Under the pieces are notes generated by a model that had not been told where the DNA came from, ran no database searches, and worked only from the letters and a program-made list of their open reading frames with translations. Shown here piece after piece: positions 18,377 through 28,868 of a stretch of DNA of 64,000 bases; the first letter of the stretch is position 1, and the number at the start of each line of letters is the position of its first letter. The position numbers were made by a program, and so were the translations under genes. Source of the stretch: an uncultured Alphaproteobacteria bacterium (GTDB lineage Bacteria; Pseudomonadota; Alphaproteobacteria; Rhizobiales; Hyphomicrobiaceae); NCBI GenBank assembly GCA_963776675.1, contig CAVZNR010000030.1:7814-71813 (forward strand), in the 5' to 3' direction.

Positions 18377-19105
18377 CTACTTCAGGGCCCAGGTGATGGT
18401 GACGCTCGCCTGCAGCGTCTCGGTGCCACGCTCGATCGGCACCGCCTCCGCCTTCATGGCCCGCGCCATGGGCATGGGCCTGGGCGAGAAATCCCCGCCC
18501 TCCTGGATGTTGAGCACCTCGCCCAGCGCGACGCCCGCCGCGCTCGCATAAAGCTCGGCCCGCCGCCGCGCATTGGCAACGGCTGCCTTGCGAGCCTCGT
18601 CGCGCAGCGTCTCGGCCTTGCTCACCTCGAAGGAGAGCCCGCCCATCTCGTTGGCGCCCAGCGACACCAGCTGGTCGAGAACCTCGCCGAGCTTGTCGAG
18701 GTCGCGCGCCAGCACCTGCACCTGGTTGGTGACGCGATAGCCGTCAATGACGGCGGTCTCGCCCCGCTCGGGGCGGGTATAGCGCGGCGACACGTTGAAC
18801 GAGGCGGTCTGGATGTCCTTGGGGTCGATACCGCTCTCCTTGAGGCCATCGATGAGCTTCATCATGGCCTCCGAGTTGCGTGCGAGCGCCTGAGCGGCCG
18901 TCGCCGCCTCGGTCGTCACGCCGCTGGAGATGCGGGCTTGATCGGGCTCGGCCGCCACTTGGCCGTCAGCCGACACGGTGATCGCGCGGGCCGCTTCGAC
19001 ATCGTCGGCCAGCGCCGCCGGCCCCGCCAGCAGGATCCCCATCAGAGCGGGGACAGCGAAATCGTGGATGTACGCATCGTGTGCTCCGGGTTGTTGGCTC
19101 GCCAC
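18377..19105 (-). CDS. SIMPL (DUF541) domain periplasmic protein
   Basis: ITVS..G.V...PD.A, GIDPKDIQT, AVANARRRAELYA; start position uncertain. Confidence 0.88.
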   Translation of the reverse strand: MASQQPGAHDAYIHDFAVPALMGILLAGPAALADDVEAARAITVSADGQVAAEPDQARISSGVTTEAATAAQALARNSEAMMKLIDGLKESGIDPKDIQTASFNVSPRYTRPERGETAVIDGYRVTNQVQVLARDLDKLGEVLDQLVSLGANEMGGLSFEVSKAETLRDEARKAAVANARRRAELYASAAGVALGEVLNIQEGGDFSPRPMPMARAMKAEAVPIERGTETLQASVTITWALK

Positions 19106-19194
19106 GTTAAGGGCCGTTCGCGGAATAATCGAGGCAGTGAGCCGGTTTCGGGCGAGGCAGCGAGTCTGGTATAGAGGCCCGCTTCGCGTCTTGG

Positions 19195-19270
19195 GGGCCC
19201 GTAGCTCAATGGTTAGAGCTGGCGGCTCATAACCGTCTGGTTCCAGGTTCGAATCCTGGCGGGCCCACCA
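19195..19270 (+). tRNA. tRNA with CAT anticodon, most likely tRNA-Ile2 (lysidine)
   Basis: 76-nt cloverleaf, GGGCCCG/CGGGCCC stem, GGCGG-CTCATAA-CCGTC arm, CCA end. Lacks initiator features; Ile2 versus elongator Met is an inference. Confidence 0.92.
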
Positions 19271-19700
19271 ATAAGATCAATAGGTTACGACTCTGGCGCT
19301 GCATTGCTGAATGGTTGGCGGAGGCTCCTGACCCTGAGCAGTCTCCAGCGCATCCCGAATTCACTTCAGCGGCTACATCCGCATACGCATACAGAAGCCG
19401 ACTTCCGTCGAAGTGAAGTCTGCGATCCGCTCTATGCCGGGCCTGGGGTCCGCCGTCGAGCGAACTCCGGTCGCGGGCGCCGCGCCGAGAACGGTGGGCC
19501 CTGACCCAACGCGAAGATCGTACATGCACAGCTAGCCCGCGCCCCATTGCGAAGGTGCAGCCCGCACGACAATCACTCAGTGTCGGTCGAGCGTTGTCGC
19601 TCGCGTGCGCGAGAACGTCGCGTCGAGTCGCTGCGCTCTTCCGTGGGCGCGCCGCATGTCCTAAGGGTGGCCGCAACGCGGTCCAGGGGTCCATGCGCAT

Positions 19701-21323
19701 ATGATTCGCCTCGACAATATCGGCAAGCAGAACGGCCACCAGATCCTCTTCATCGAGTCGTCCGCCGCGCTCAACAGGGGCGAGAAGATCGGGCTCGTCG
19801 GCCCCAACGGCTCCGGCAAGACGACGCTCTTTCGCATGATCATGGGCCAGGAGCAGCCGGACGAGGGCAACGTGGCCGTCGATCGGGGCGTCACCATCGG
19901 CTACTTCAGCCAGGACGTCGGCGAAATGTCGGGCCGCAGCGCCGTGGCCGAGGTGATGGACGGCGCCGGCCCGGTGAGCGAAGTCGCCGCCGAGCTGAAG
20001 AAGCTGGAGGCCGCCATGGCCGATCCGGACCGCGCTGCCGAGATGGACGCGATCATCGAGGGCTACGGCGAGGTGCAGGGCCGCTTCGAGGAACTGGGCG
20101 GCTACGCGCTGGAAGGCAAGGCGCGCGAAGTGCTGGCGGGCCTCTCGTTTAGCCAGGAGATGATGGACGGCGACGTTGGCGCGCTCTCGGGCGGCTGGAA
20201 AATGCGCGTGGCGCTCGCCCGCATCCTGCTCATGCGCCCCGACGCCATGCTGCTCGACGAGCCAAGCAACCATCTCGACCTCGAAAGCCTCATCTGGCTG
20301 GAGCAGTTCCTGAAGGGCTACGAGGGCGTGTTGCTGATGACCTCGCATGACCGCGAGTTCATGAACCGCGTCGTCACCAAGCTCATTGAGATCGACGGTG
20401 GCTCGCTCACCACGTACGCGGGCAACCACGACTTCTACGAGCAGCAGAGTGCGCTGGCCGAGAAGCAGCAACAGGCGCAGTTCGACCGCCAGCAGGCGAT
20501 GCTCGCCAAGGAGGTCAAGTTCATCGAGCGCTTCAAGGCACGCGCCTCGCACGCCGCACAGGTGCAGAGCCGCGTAAAGCAGCTCGCTAAGATCGATCGC
20601 GTCGAGCCGCCCAAGCGCCGTCAGACGATCCGCTTCGAATTCCCGCCGGCGCCGCGCTCGGGCGAGGACGTGGCCAGCCTTAAGAACGTGCACAAGAGCT
20701 ACGGTAGCCGCAGCATCTACGAGGGGCTCGACTTCCACGTGCGCCGCAGGGAGCGCTGGTGCGTCATGGGCATCAATGGCGCCGGCAAGTCGACGCTCTT
20801 AAAGCTGGTCGCCGGCTCGACGGAGCCCGACGCCGGCACAGTCAAGATCGGTGCCAGCGTGAAGATGGGCTACTTCGCCCAGCACGCCATGGACCTGCTC
20901 GACGGCGAGCGCACGGTGTTCCAGTCTCTGGAGGAGGCATTCCCGCAGGCGAGCCGCGGTTCGCTGCTCTCGCTGGCCGGCTGCTTCGGCTTCACCGGCG
21001 ATGACGTAGAGAAGCGCTGCCGCGTGCTGTCGGGCGGTGAGAAGGCGCGACTCGTCATGGCGCAGATGCTGTACGACCCGCCGAACTTCCTGGTGCTCGA
21101 CGAGCCGACAAACCACCTCGACATCGCGACGAAGCAGATGCTCATCGCGGCGCTGGCCGAATACGAAGGATCCATGCTGTTCGTCTCGCACGACCGGCAC
21201 TTTCTCGCCGCCCTATCCAATCGCGTCCTGGAATTGACGCCCGAAGGCGTCCACAACTACGGCGGCGGCTATACTGAATATGTGGAGCGCACGGGCCACG
21301 AGGCCCCTGGCCTGAGCAGCTAA
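19701..21323 (+). CDS. ABC-F family ATPase
   Basis: Two ABC domains (GPNGSGKT/LSGGW/LLDEP and GINGAGKS/LSGGE/LDEP) and no TM segments. Confidence 0.95.
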   Translation: MIRLDNIGKQNGHQILFIESSAALNRGEKIGLVGPNGSGKTTLFRMIMGQEQPDEGNVAVDRGVTIGYFSQDVGEMSGRSAVAEVMDGAGPVSEVAAELKKLEAAMADPDRAAEMDAIIEGYGEVQGRFEELGGYALEGKAREVLAGLSFSQEMMDGDVGALSGGWKMRVALARILLMRPDAMLLDEPSNHLDLESLIWLEQFLKGYEGVLLMTSHDREFMNRVVTKLIEIDGGSLTTYAGNHDFYEQQSALAEKQQQAQFDRQQAMLAKEVKFIERFKARASHAAQVQSRVKQLAKIDRVEPPKRRQTIRFEFPPAPRSGEDVASLKNVHKSYGSRSIYEGLDFHVRRRERWCVMGINGAGKSTLLKLVAGSTEPDAGTVKIGASVKMGYFAQHAMDLLDGERTVFQSLEEAFPQASRGSLLSLAGCFGFTGDDVEKRCRVLSGGEKARLVMAQMLYDPPNFLVLDEPTNHLDIATKQMLIAALAEYEGSMLFVSHDRHFLAALSNRVLELTPEGVHNYGGGYTEYVERTGHEAPGLSS

Positions 21324-21378
21324 GCAGACAGGGCTTGCGCCTGCTGAAATAATCATCCCGCCGTGATTGCCCATCCCA

Positions 21379-23854
21379 TTACGTCCCGCGCGGCTTGGCC
21401 CGCGCGGTGGGAGCCGCCTTGGCGGGATCGTCGGGCCATGGGTGCCGCGGATAGCACCCTTTCATATCGGCTTTAACCGCCGCCCACGATCCCTTCCAGA
21501 ACCCCGGAAGGTCGCGCGTGATCTGAATCGGCCGGCGCGCCGGCGAGAGCAAATGCAGAGTAAGCGGCAGCTTGCCATGAGCGATCGAAGGATGTTGCGT
21601 CAGCCCAAACAGCTCCTGTACGCGGATGTGCAGGGCGGGCGCGCCTGTCGTCTCGTAGTCGATCGCGTGACGATTACCGGTAGGCGCCTCGAAATGCGTC
21701 GGAGCCTCCTCCTCCAAGCGCCGCTTCAAAGGCCATGGCAATAGCGCATCGAGTGCCGCGCCGAGGTCGTCGGCACCGATCTCGGTCAGCTTCGTCTTAC
21801 CGGCGAGAAAGGGGGCAAGCCAATCCGTGACCGTATTGGCGAGAGCCGCATCGGTCAGGTCGGGCCATTCGTCCCCTCCCGCTGCACGCAAGAAGCCAAC
21901 GCGGTCGCGGAGCTGTTTTTGCGCCTTGCTCCACGGCAGGCGGCTCAGTCCGAGCATCGCAATACCGTCAGCGAGCAAACGCGCAGTTTCTTCGTTCGCC
22001 ATCACCGCCCGCGGCTCGTTAGCGAGCACGATAGCATCGAGCCGGCGGACATGGCGCGACCTCAGCGCGCCAGCGCCACTATCGAATTCAATCTCATCGC
22101 TCGTGCGGATGCGCTTGCCCGCTGCGGCAACAATATCAGCTTCATCGGCTGCGGCCGCCAGCAGGATGCGCGTCGACGCCGCCGAACCTGACAGCTCCGC
22201 TGCAACCAGGAACGGCGATCGCGCCAAGGGTTGCGTCGAATCGACGTTTCGCGCCTCGGCCGTTGGCAAGGAGAAACTGGCCGGGTGAGCCGCGCGCCTT
22301 GCCGATGCGGTCGGGAAAGGCGAACGCCAGCAGGCGCGCGATCGACATATTCTCACGAGGCTCTCGCGCCGAACGACCTGCGCTTGCCACGCGAGCCCAG
22401 CCGGCCGCCAGCTTTCGCATGTCGGTGGCGCGGCGCGAGCGGTCACGGCGGAAACCGTCCAGCCGATGTGCCAAATCGACATCGTTGCCGCCGAGTCCGC
22501 GCTCCACGATCACGGCGGCGATCTCGGCAGCCTCCACCGCGTGGCCAAGCTCGGCTGCGGAAATCGCCATGCGGGCAAGCCGGGGTGGCAATGGCAGCGA
22601 CCTCAGCCGCTTGCCCGTCGCCGTGATACGGCCTTCCAAGTCGAGCGCTTCCAGCTCCGTCAGCTCCTCGCGCGCAGCGTCGATGGCGGCGGCAGACGGC
22701 GGATCGATCCAAGACAGCGCGCGCGGATCGACTGTTCCCCATTCCGCGCAGTCGAGCAACAGGCCTGTAAGATCGGCGGAGCGAATCTCCGGCTCGGGAT
22801 AAGCGGGCAGGCTTTGCGTTTGCGGCTCTTCCCATAGACGATAGCAGACGCCGGGCTCAGTACGGCCGGCGCGGCCCCTGCGCTGATCGGCGGCGGCCCG
22901 GGACACGCGCACGGTCTCCAGCCGGGTCACGCCGACGTCGGGTTCGAAACGCGGAACCCGCGCCAGGCCGCTGTCGATGACAACGCGCACGCCCTCGATG
23001 GTGATCGACGTCTCGGCGATCGAGGTCGCGAGCACCACCTTGCGCAGGCCTTTTGCCGCCGGCTCGAGCGCGAGATCCTGCGCCTTCATGTCCATCGCAC
23101 CATAGAGCGGGGCAAGCACGATGGCCGGATCGCTGATGCGCTCCCTCAGCCGCTCCTCGACGCGCCGTATCTCGCCTTGCCCAGGCAGGAACGCCAGGAT
23201 CGAACCCGATTCCTCCCGCAGGGCGCGCATCACCGCGTCCGCCATCTGATCCTCGATGCGCGTACTGGCATTGCGGCCCAGATAATGCGTGTCGACCGGG
23301 AAGGCGCGGCCTTCGCTGGCGATGACGGCAGCACCCCCGAGAAGCTGCGCGACCCGCGCGCCGTCCAGAGTCGCCGACATCGGCAGGATACGCAGGTCGT
23401 CGCGCAGCCCGCGCTGGCAGTCGAGCGCGAGGGCGAGCCCCAGGTCGGCATCCAGCGAGCGCTCGTGGAACTCGTCGAACAGCACCGCGCCGATGCCGGA
23501 AAGCTCCGGATCATCAAGGATCATCCGGGTGAACACGCCCTCGGTGACGACCTCGATGCGTGTCCTCGGTCCCGACTTCGAGATCATCCGCGCGCGCAAT
23601 CCGATCCGCTCGCCGACAGCCTCCGACAACGAGTGCGCCATGCGCTCGGCGGCAGCGCGCGCGGCGATGCGGCGCGGCTCCAGCACCAGAATCTTTCGAT
23701 CCCGGAGCCAGCTTTCGTCCATCAACGCGAGAGGCACGCGCGTCGTCTTGCCGGCGCCTGGTGGCGCAACGAGGACGGCCGATGTGCACGCTGCCAAGGT
23801 CGTACGTACTTCATCCAGGATGGCGTCAATCGGAAGCGGTGGGGCGAACTTCAT
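21379..23854 (-). pseudogene. hrpB: ATP-dependent helicase HrpB, +1 frameshift at ~22248 (likely a homopolymer error)
   Basis: APPGAGKTT, DEFH, MSAT, QRRGRAGR and C-terminal YPRHPWP. Removing one A restores ANGRGANVD. Confidence 0.9.
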
Positions 23855-24192
23855 GCTGGCTGTATCCAGCAGCCACGTCCGTTTCGCAACCGTAGCCTGC
23901 CGTGATCGTCAGGGATGCCGCATCAGGGGCGCGGTCCCGGACCGCATTGCCCTTGGCCTAGTGCGCCAAATTGGATAGCGGCGATATCGACCATCGGCGA
24001 GGCGAAAGCCAGCGTCGACCACGTCCGCTATTTGAGGGAGACCGGCCAAAGTGGGCGGGTGGCCGACGCGGCCTCATGACCCCGAAGCGGACGCTCCAAC
24101 ATTGCCCGGCGGTGCCATCGCCATTTGACCTGTCGCCGCATGATCGATGCTTGGTGGTCTACCCCCAACTGCTGTCATGGTGATTAAGCGCA

Positions 24193-25401
24193 TCAAGCGT
24201 GAAGCTCGGCCTCCGGATTTGCTCCGATATTGTGAATGGATAGATCGGCGCCGCGACGCTCCTGTTCAGGCGTGAGCCGAATGCCTAGTGTAAGTTTGAG
24301 CGTTCCGTAAACAATGATCCCTACCGCGAAGCCAAAGGCAGCGCCCGTCAACGAGCCGACGAGCTGCGAGGCGAACGTCACTCCGCCCAGGCCACCCAGC
24401 ACCTCCAGCCCAAAGATGCCGCACGCGATGCCGCCCCATAGCCCACATAGTCCGTGCAGCGCCCACACGCCCAGCACGTCGTCGAGCTTCCACTTTCTAG
24501 TGGAGATCTGGAACATCTGCACGAAAATGGCGCCAGCGACGCCGCCGACTACGAGCGCGCCAAGGGGATGCATCACGTCGGAGCCGGCACACACCGCGAC
24601 CAATCCGGCGAGCGCGCCGTTGTGCACGAAGCCCGGATCGTTATCGCCGACGATCAGCGCAACTACGATGCCCCCACACATCGCCATCAGCGAGTTAATG
24701 GCGACGAGGCCCGACACCGCCTCGAGCCTCTGCGCGCTCATCACGTTGAATCCAAACCAACCAATGCACAGTAGCCAGGACCCCATCGCCAGCCAGGGGA
24801 TCGACGACGGCGGCGTGGCCATACCCCGTTCGTCGTAGCGCCCGAGCCGAGGCCCCAGACACAATATGGCGCCGAGTGCCACCCAACCGCCAAAGGCGTG
24901 GACGACAACTGACCCCGCGAAATCCCTGAACTCGGCGCCGAGCATATCTTTGAAAAAATACTCCTGCACGCCGAAGTTCTTGTTCCAGTAGATGCCCTCG
25001 AGAAAGGGGTAGCAAACCGCCACCAGGGTCGCGGTAGCCACCGCCTGCGGCGCAAACTTGGCGCGTTCGGCAATGCCGCCCGAGACGATCGCCGGCACTG
25101 CTGCCGCGAAGGTGCAAAGGAAGAAGAAGCGCACGAGGGTGTAGCCCTGGCCCTCGAAACCGGGCGCGCCGCCTGAGATCGCGGCTGCGCTCGAATAGAA
25201 GCTGACGCCGTAGGCCACGGTGTAGCCGATCATAAAGTAGGCAATAGTCGAGACCGCGAAGTCGACCAGGATCTTCACGAGCGCGTTGACCTGGTTCTTA
25301 TGGCGAACCGTACCCGTCTCAAGGAATGCGAAGCCCCCGTGCATTGCAAATACGAGGATCGCCCCCATCAACAGGAAGAAGACATCTGGCCCCTGTTGCA
25401 T
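24193..25401 (-). CDS. amt: Ammonium transporter (Amt family), no adjacent glnK
   Basis: DFAGSVVVH, GWFGFN, NGALAGLVA, DDVLGVWALHG (twin His). Confidence 0.95.
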   Translation of the reverse strand: MQQGPDVFFLLMGAILVFAMHGGFAFLETGTVRHKNQVNALVKILVDFAVSTIAYFMIGYTVAYGVSFYSSAAAISGGAPGFEGQGYTLVRFFFLCTFAAAVPAIVSGGIAERAKFAPQAVATATLVAVCYPFLEGIYWNKNFGVQEYFFKDMLGAEFRDFAGSVVVHAFGGWVALGAILCLGPRLGRYDERGMATPPSSIPWLAMGSWLLCIGWFGFNVMSAQRLEAVSGLVAINSLMAMCGGIVVALIVGDNDPGFVHNGALAGLVAVCAGSDVMHPLGALVVGGVAGAIFVQMFQISTRKWKLDDVLGVWALHGLCGLWGGIACGIFGLEVLGGLGGVTFASQLVGSLTGAAFGFAVGIIVYGTLKLTLGIRLTPEQERRGADLSIHNIGANPEAELHA

Positions 25402-25538
25402 CCCGACTCCCCAAGCGCCCCACTGTTTGCGCAACCGTCGTTGCAGAGGGGCTTTCCGAACAAAAAGGTGGCCCGGACGGCGGTTGGGCAACCTTCATCC
25501 GGGCCAGGGTGTGGCTCGTCGTGGTCAACGGACGAGTT

Positions 25539-25555
25539 TGCCTAAATTAGCGGCA
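25539..25555. promoter_or_regulatory. Possible NtrC-type binding site upstream of amt
   Basis: 17-bp TGCC-N9-GGCA with an AT-rich core, ~140 nt upstream of amt. Confidence 0.3.
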
Positions 25556-25903
25556 GTTGCGCCAAATTTGGAAGGGTGGCTAAGACCTGAAGCTGACTAA
25601 ATCTGTGGCAATTGCATAATAGCAACGCTTGGATTGCGGTGGTTGGGAGGCCCGGATGAGCTGGGTGACCGCGCTGACACGAGGGCTGGGAAGGGAAGCG
25701 GCTTAGTTGGGGAACAGCTACGTGCAGCTCGTGGCTGCGGGGTCGTGGACGATCGACCACTCGGGCGGCCGCGATCGTCACGCAGTGCGTGACTAGCACA
25801 GGATTCAGGGCCTCAGGTCTCCTGAGCGGCCTGTTGGCATGTCTGACCTCACGGCGCTGCACCGCGGGCAATTGCCGCCCGGACGATCGCCAGAAGCCGC
25901 TTT

Positions 25904-25938
25904 GCCGACGTCGACGTGACGGCGCCGCGTGACTGCTC
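25904..25938 (+). repeat. 35-bp dispersed repeat, copy 1
   Basis: Matches 28634-28668 at 34 of 35 nt. Confidence 0.9.
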
Positions 25939-26198
25939 TTGCGGGGAAAGCTGACTGGATCCAGCACCTACTGTGACGGATGCTCACTGACCCTGAGTGG
26001 ACGTTTGGAACGAACTCAAGTCGTGCTGGGGCATCACACTCGACCGCGCCCACAGCGCGGTCCCCTTATCGATCCATGGCAGCACCGTCAGCAACCAGCT
26101 AAGTGACACCATCATGTGGTGCGCCAACACCAACCGCCTTAAGGTTTGAAGCAACAAATCGGTCCGCGGCCGGCGCATGATTGGGGAAACAATGCAAA

Positions 26199-26227
26199 GC
26201 TGGGCCAGCGGGGAACGCAGGCCCAGC
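26199..26227 (-). terminator. Hairpin / probable terminator after the OMP gene
   Basis: gctgggcc/ggcccagc stem with a short T run on the minus strand. Confidence 0.5.
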
Positions 26228-26243
26228 AAAAAATCGAGCGTTG

Positions 26244-26954
26244 CTAGTTGCCTAACTTAATGCTGGCACCGACGCGGATGCTGTCGATCTCTGCGTCAAC
26301 GTTATCATCGATGGGTCCGATTCCACCGCCGGTCAATGCATGATTCTCAGTGCCAAGGTCGACGTGAGAGTACTCGACGCGGGCCGTGACCCACTCACCA
26401 AGCGCATGCTCGAATCCGAAGCCTGCCGTCCAGCCATCGTGAGTCTCACTGCCAGTGAGCGAAGCGCCGGGGATACCGAGAAGGCTAACCGTCGTATCAA
26501 GCTCACCCCAGGCCCAGCCGCCCCGCGCGTAGAGCAGAGAGCGACCGAACGCGTAACCCAATCTGCCTTCAATCGTAGCAATCCAATTGAGTTCCCGCTG
26601 GCAAGTGAAGACATTAAACACGCAGCTCGTATTCCCCTGCGCCTGCGAGCCCGAATAGGTGCCTTCGATTCCAAGCACCCACTGGCCAGACTGATAATTA
26701 TAGCCGACGTGGCCGCCATATAGCCCACCGTCGAAGTCATAGTCCGTGTTGAGGAACGGGGCCCCGGGCACTTCACCTTGCGTGTTCCCCGTGAGCAGGC
26801 CTGCTTGGCCGCCCACATAGAGGCCTGTCCAGCTAAAGTCCGCTGGCGGTGCGAAGCCCTTGCCTGAGTGGCTATAGCCATCTGCCAAGCAGACGCTACC
26901 TGTTGCCGCGACGAGCACGGTGGAAACCACTAACGCCTTTAGATACCTTGACAT
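26244..26954 (-). CDS. Outer-membrane beta-barrel protein (Omp25/RopB-like)
   Basis: Signal peptide, SWTGLYVGGQAG, GYNYQ.GQWVLGIE, GWTAGFGFE. Confidence 0.88.
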   Translation of the reverse strand: MSRYLKALVVSTVLVAATGSVCLADGYSHSGKGFAPPADFSWTGLYVGGQAGLLTGNTQGEVPGAPFLNTDYDFDGGLYGGHVGYNYQSGQWVLGIEGTYSGSQAQGNTSCVFNVFTCQRELNWIATIEGRLGYAFGRSLLYARGGWAWGELDTTVSLLGIPGASLTGSETHDGWTAGFGFEHALGEWVTARVEYSHVDLGTENHALTGGGIGPIDDNVDAEIDSIRVGASIKLGN

Positions 26955-27320
26955 TCTCGTTTTACGCGTCACGTACGCGCCCCCTACTAACATGAAAAGG
27001 AGCCGTTCCACGGCGACTTCACGCCTACCAGATTACGGAAGCACACGTTGTCTCAAAAGCGCCACATTGCCGAAAAATCCAGCACACTGACCGATTACAC
27101 TGCACTCGGTGCCGACTTCTTGATAGCCACCCAACGACATCTTGGCTCAGGGGGCCTGCGGGAGCGCGGAGGCGTTTCGTCGTGTGGATCAAGCTGAAGT
27201 CGGCCGCTGTGCATAGGTGCGAGTTCCGCTCCTGATGCTGTGGACGGCTCCTCCCCCGGGGCGCGCAAGCGCCTTGGAATCGGTTGCCGATGAGGCGACC
27301 AGGATCCGGAGGAGCTCATC

Positions 27321-28352
27321 ATGCAAGCAATCGCAGTCGTTGGCCTCGACATCGCAAAGTCAGTTTTTCAGGTACATGGCGTCAATGCGCTCGGTAGCGT
27401 CGTTGTCCGGCGCCAGCTTAAGCGCCGGTACGTGGTCGCGTTCTTCAAGAAGCTGCAGCCCTGCCTGGTCGGCATCGAGGCCTGCGCCACGTCGCATCAT
27501 TGGTCGCGCGAACTGCAAGCTCTCGGGCACACCGTGCGTCTCATCCCTCCGGCCTACGTGAAGCCCTATGTCAAACGCCAGAAGAACGACGCGGCCGACG
27601 CCGAGGCCATCTGCGAGGCGGTGCAGCGGCCGAGCATGCGCTTCGTGCCAACCAAGACGCCCGAACAGCAGAGCTGCCTGATGCTGCATCGTACGCGGCA
27701 TCTCTTTATCCGGCAGCAGACCGCGGTCATCAATACGATCCGCGCGCACCTAGCCGAGCTCGGCATTGTCGCACCGGTCGGTCGCAACGGCGTGGAGCAA
27801 CTGCTCTATGCTGTCGCCGACACAAAGGATGATCGCATTCCTGATGTCGCTCGTGCGTGCCTCGAAGCCCTGGGCGCGTTGCTGGGCAAGCTCAAGGCCC
27901 AGATTCTGGAGTTCGACCGACAGATAATTGCCTGGCATCGCTCGAACGAGACGAGCCGCCGGCTCGACGAGCTACCCGGCGTCGGCCCCGCACTGGCAAC
28001 CGCACTGGTCGCGAGCGTTGCCGATCCGAAGGCGTTCCGATCGGGCCGCGACTTCTCGGCCTGGATCGGCCTGGTTCCGAAGCAAAACTCGAGCGGAGGC
28101 AGAGAGAAACTCGGCAGCATCACCAAGCAGGGAGATCGCTATCTGCGCAGCTTGTTCACCGCGGGCGCGTTAGCGGTCATCCGCTACGCCAAGATCCACG
28201 GCACCAAATATCGCCCATGGCTTGCCAAGTTGCTCGAGCGCCGGCCGACGAAGGTCGCGGCGATCGCGCTCGCCAACAAGATCGCCCGCATGGCATGGGC
28301 GATGATGGCCAAGGGCGAGTCTTATAGGGAACCCCTCGCACTGGCCCGTTAG
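27321..28352 (+). CDS. IS110-family DEDD transposase/recombinase
   Basis: GLDIAK, IEAC, KNDAADA, PGVGP, GLVP...SSGG; GGAGG RBS. Confidence 0.96.
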   Translation: MQAIAVVGLDIAKSVFQVHGVNALGSVVVRRQLKRRYVVAFFKKLQPCLVGIEACATSHHWSRELQALGHTVRLIPPAYVKPYVKRQKNDAADAEAICEAVQRPSMRFVPTKTPEQQSCLMLHRTRHLFIRQQTAVINTIRAHLAELGIVAPVGRNGVEQLLYAVADTKDDRIPDVARACLEALGALLGKLKAQILEFDRQIIAWHRSNETSRRLDELPGVGPALATALVASVADPKAFRSGRDFSAWIGLVPKQNSSGGREKLGSITKQGDRYLRSLFTAGALAVIRYAKIHGTKYRPWLAKLLERRPTKVAAIALANKIARMAWAMMAKGESYREPLALAR

Positions 28353-28609
28353 GCGAAGCGACGAGCAACGAGATCGCGTCAGTAGGCGCGGTGTGATGGC
28401 TGGAAAGGGCAGACAGCACGTAATGCAGAACCGGTCGATCCGGTGATTGGGACAACCCACATGGGCCAGAGCATCGACGAATGCGAGCTTTTGACCGGGA
28501 CCCGATCCGCGGAGGGCATTATGGCCAGCGGCCCTGTGAGCCGCTCTGATAGGCCGAACACATGGCTGCTCCGACCAGCGCTGCAACGTGATCAATCCCT
28601 TGACAGCCT
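28353..28609 (+). ncRNA. Predicted seekRNA/bridge-type guide RNA region
   Basis: Non-coding region of the IS with hairpins flanked by segments matching the target and donor junctions; exact RNA ends unknown. Confidence 0.7.
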
Positions 28610-28633
28610 GGAGCCGTCCACACATGGCCCTTC

Positions 28634-28668
28634 GCCGACGTCGACGTGACGGCGCTGCGTGACTGCTC
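28634..28668 (+). repeat. 35-bp dispersed repeat, copy 2, beside the IS right end
   Basis: Matches 25904-25938 at 34 of 35 nt. Confidence 0.9.
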
Positions 28669-28690
28669 GTAAGGGAAGAGCGGACTATGT

Positions 28691-28847
28691 CCCGGCGCCA
28701 ACATGCTGACGCTGACGGGCGACAACTCCTACAACGGGGACACGACGATTAGCGCCGGCACACTGCAGCTCGGCAACGGCGGCACCACCGGCAGCGTGGC
28801 CCGCGACATCGTCGACAACGGTGCCCTCGTCTTCAACCGCAGCGATG
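28691..28847 (+). pseudogene. Autotransporter-associated beta-strand repeat remnant
   Basis: LTLTGDNSYNGDTTISAGTLQLGNGGTTGSV..DIVDNGALVFNRSD, with no surrounding gene. Confidence 0.85.
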
Positions 28848-28868
28848 CGGCGGGCCAATCGGGTGCCA

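Larger units (their letters stand above)
27233..28626 (+). mobile_element. IS110-family element, IS1111 subgroup
   Basis: Perfect 13-bp subterminal IRs TGTGGACGGCTCC (27239-27251) and GGAGCCGTCCACA (28610-28622). A TG core sits at both junctions and the 3' non-coding region is long. Confidence 0.93.

Noticed and set aside
19195-19270. Initiator tRNA-fMet call
   Set aside because: Has a paired G1-C72 and lacks the three consecutive G-C pairs at the end of the anticodon stem.
22240-22255. Programmed ribosomal frameshift in hrpB or the other split genes
   Set aside because: No slippery heptamer or stimulatory structure; several similar indels in the window point to sequencing error.
25402-25575. 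Sigma54 promoter for amt
   Set aside because: Candidates each miss part of the GG-N10-GC/TTGC consensus.
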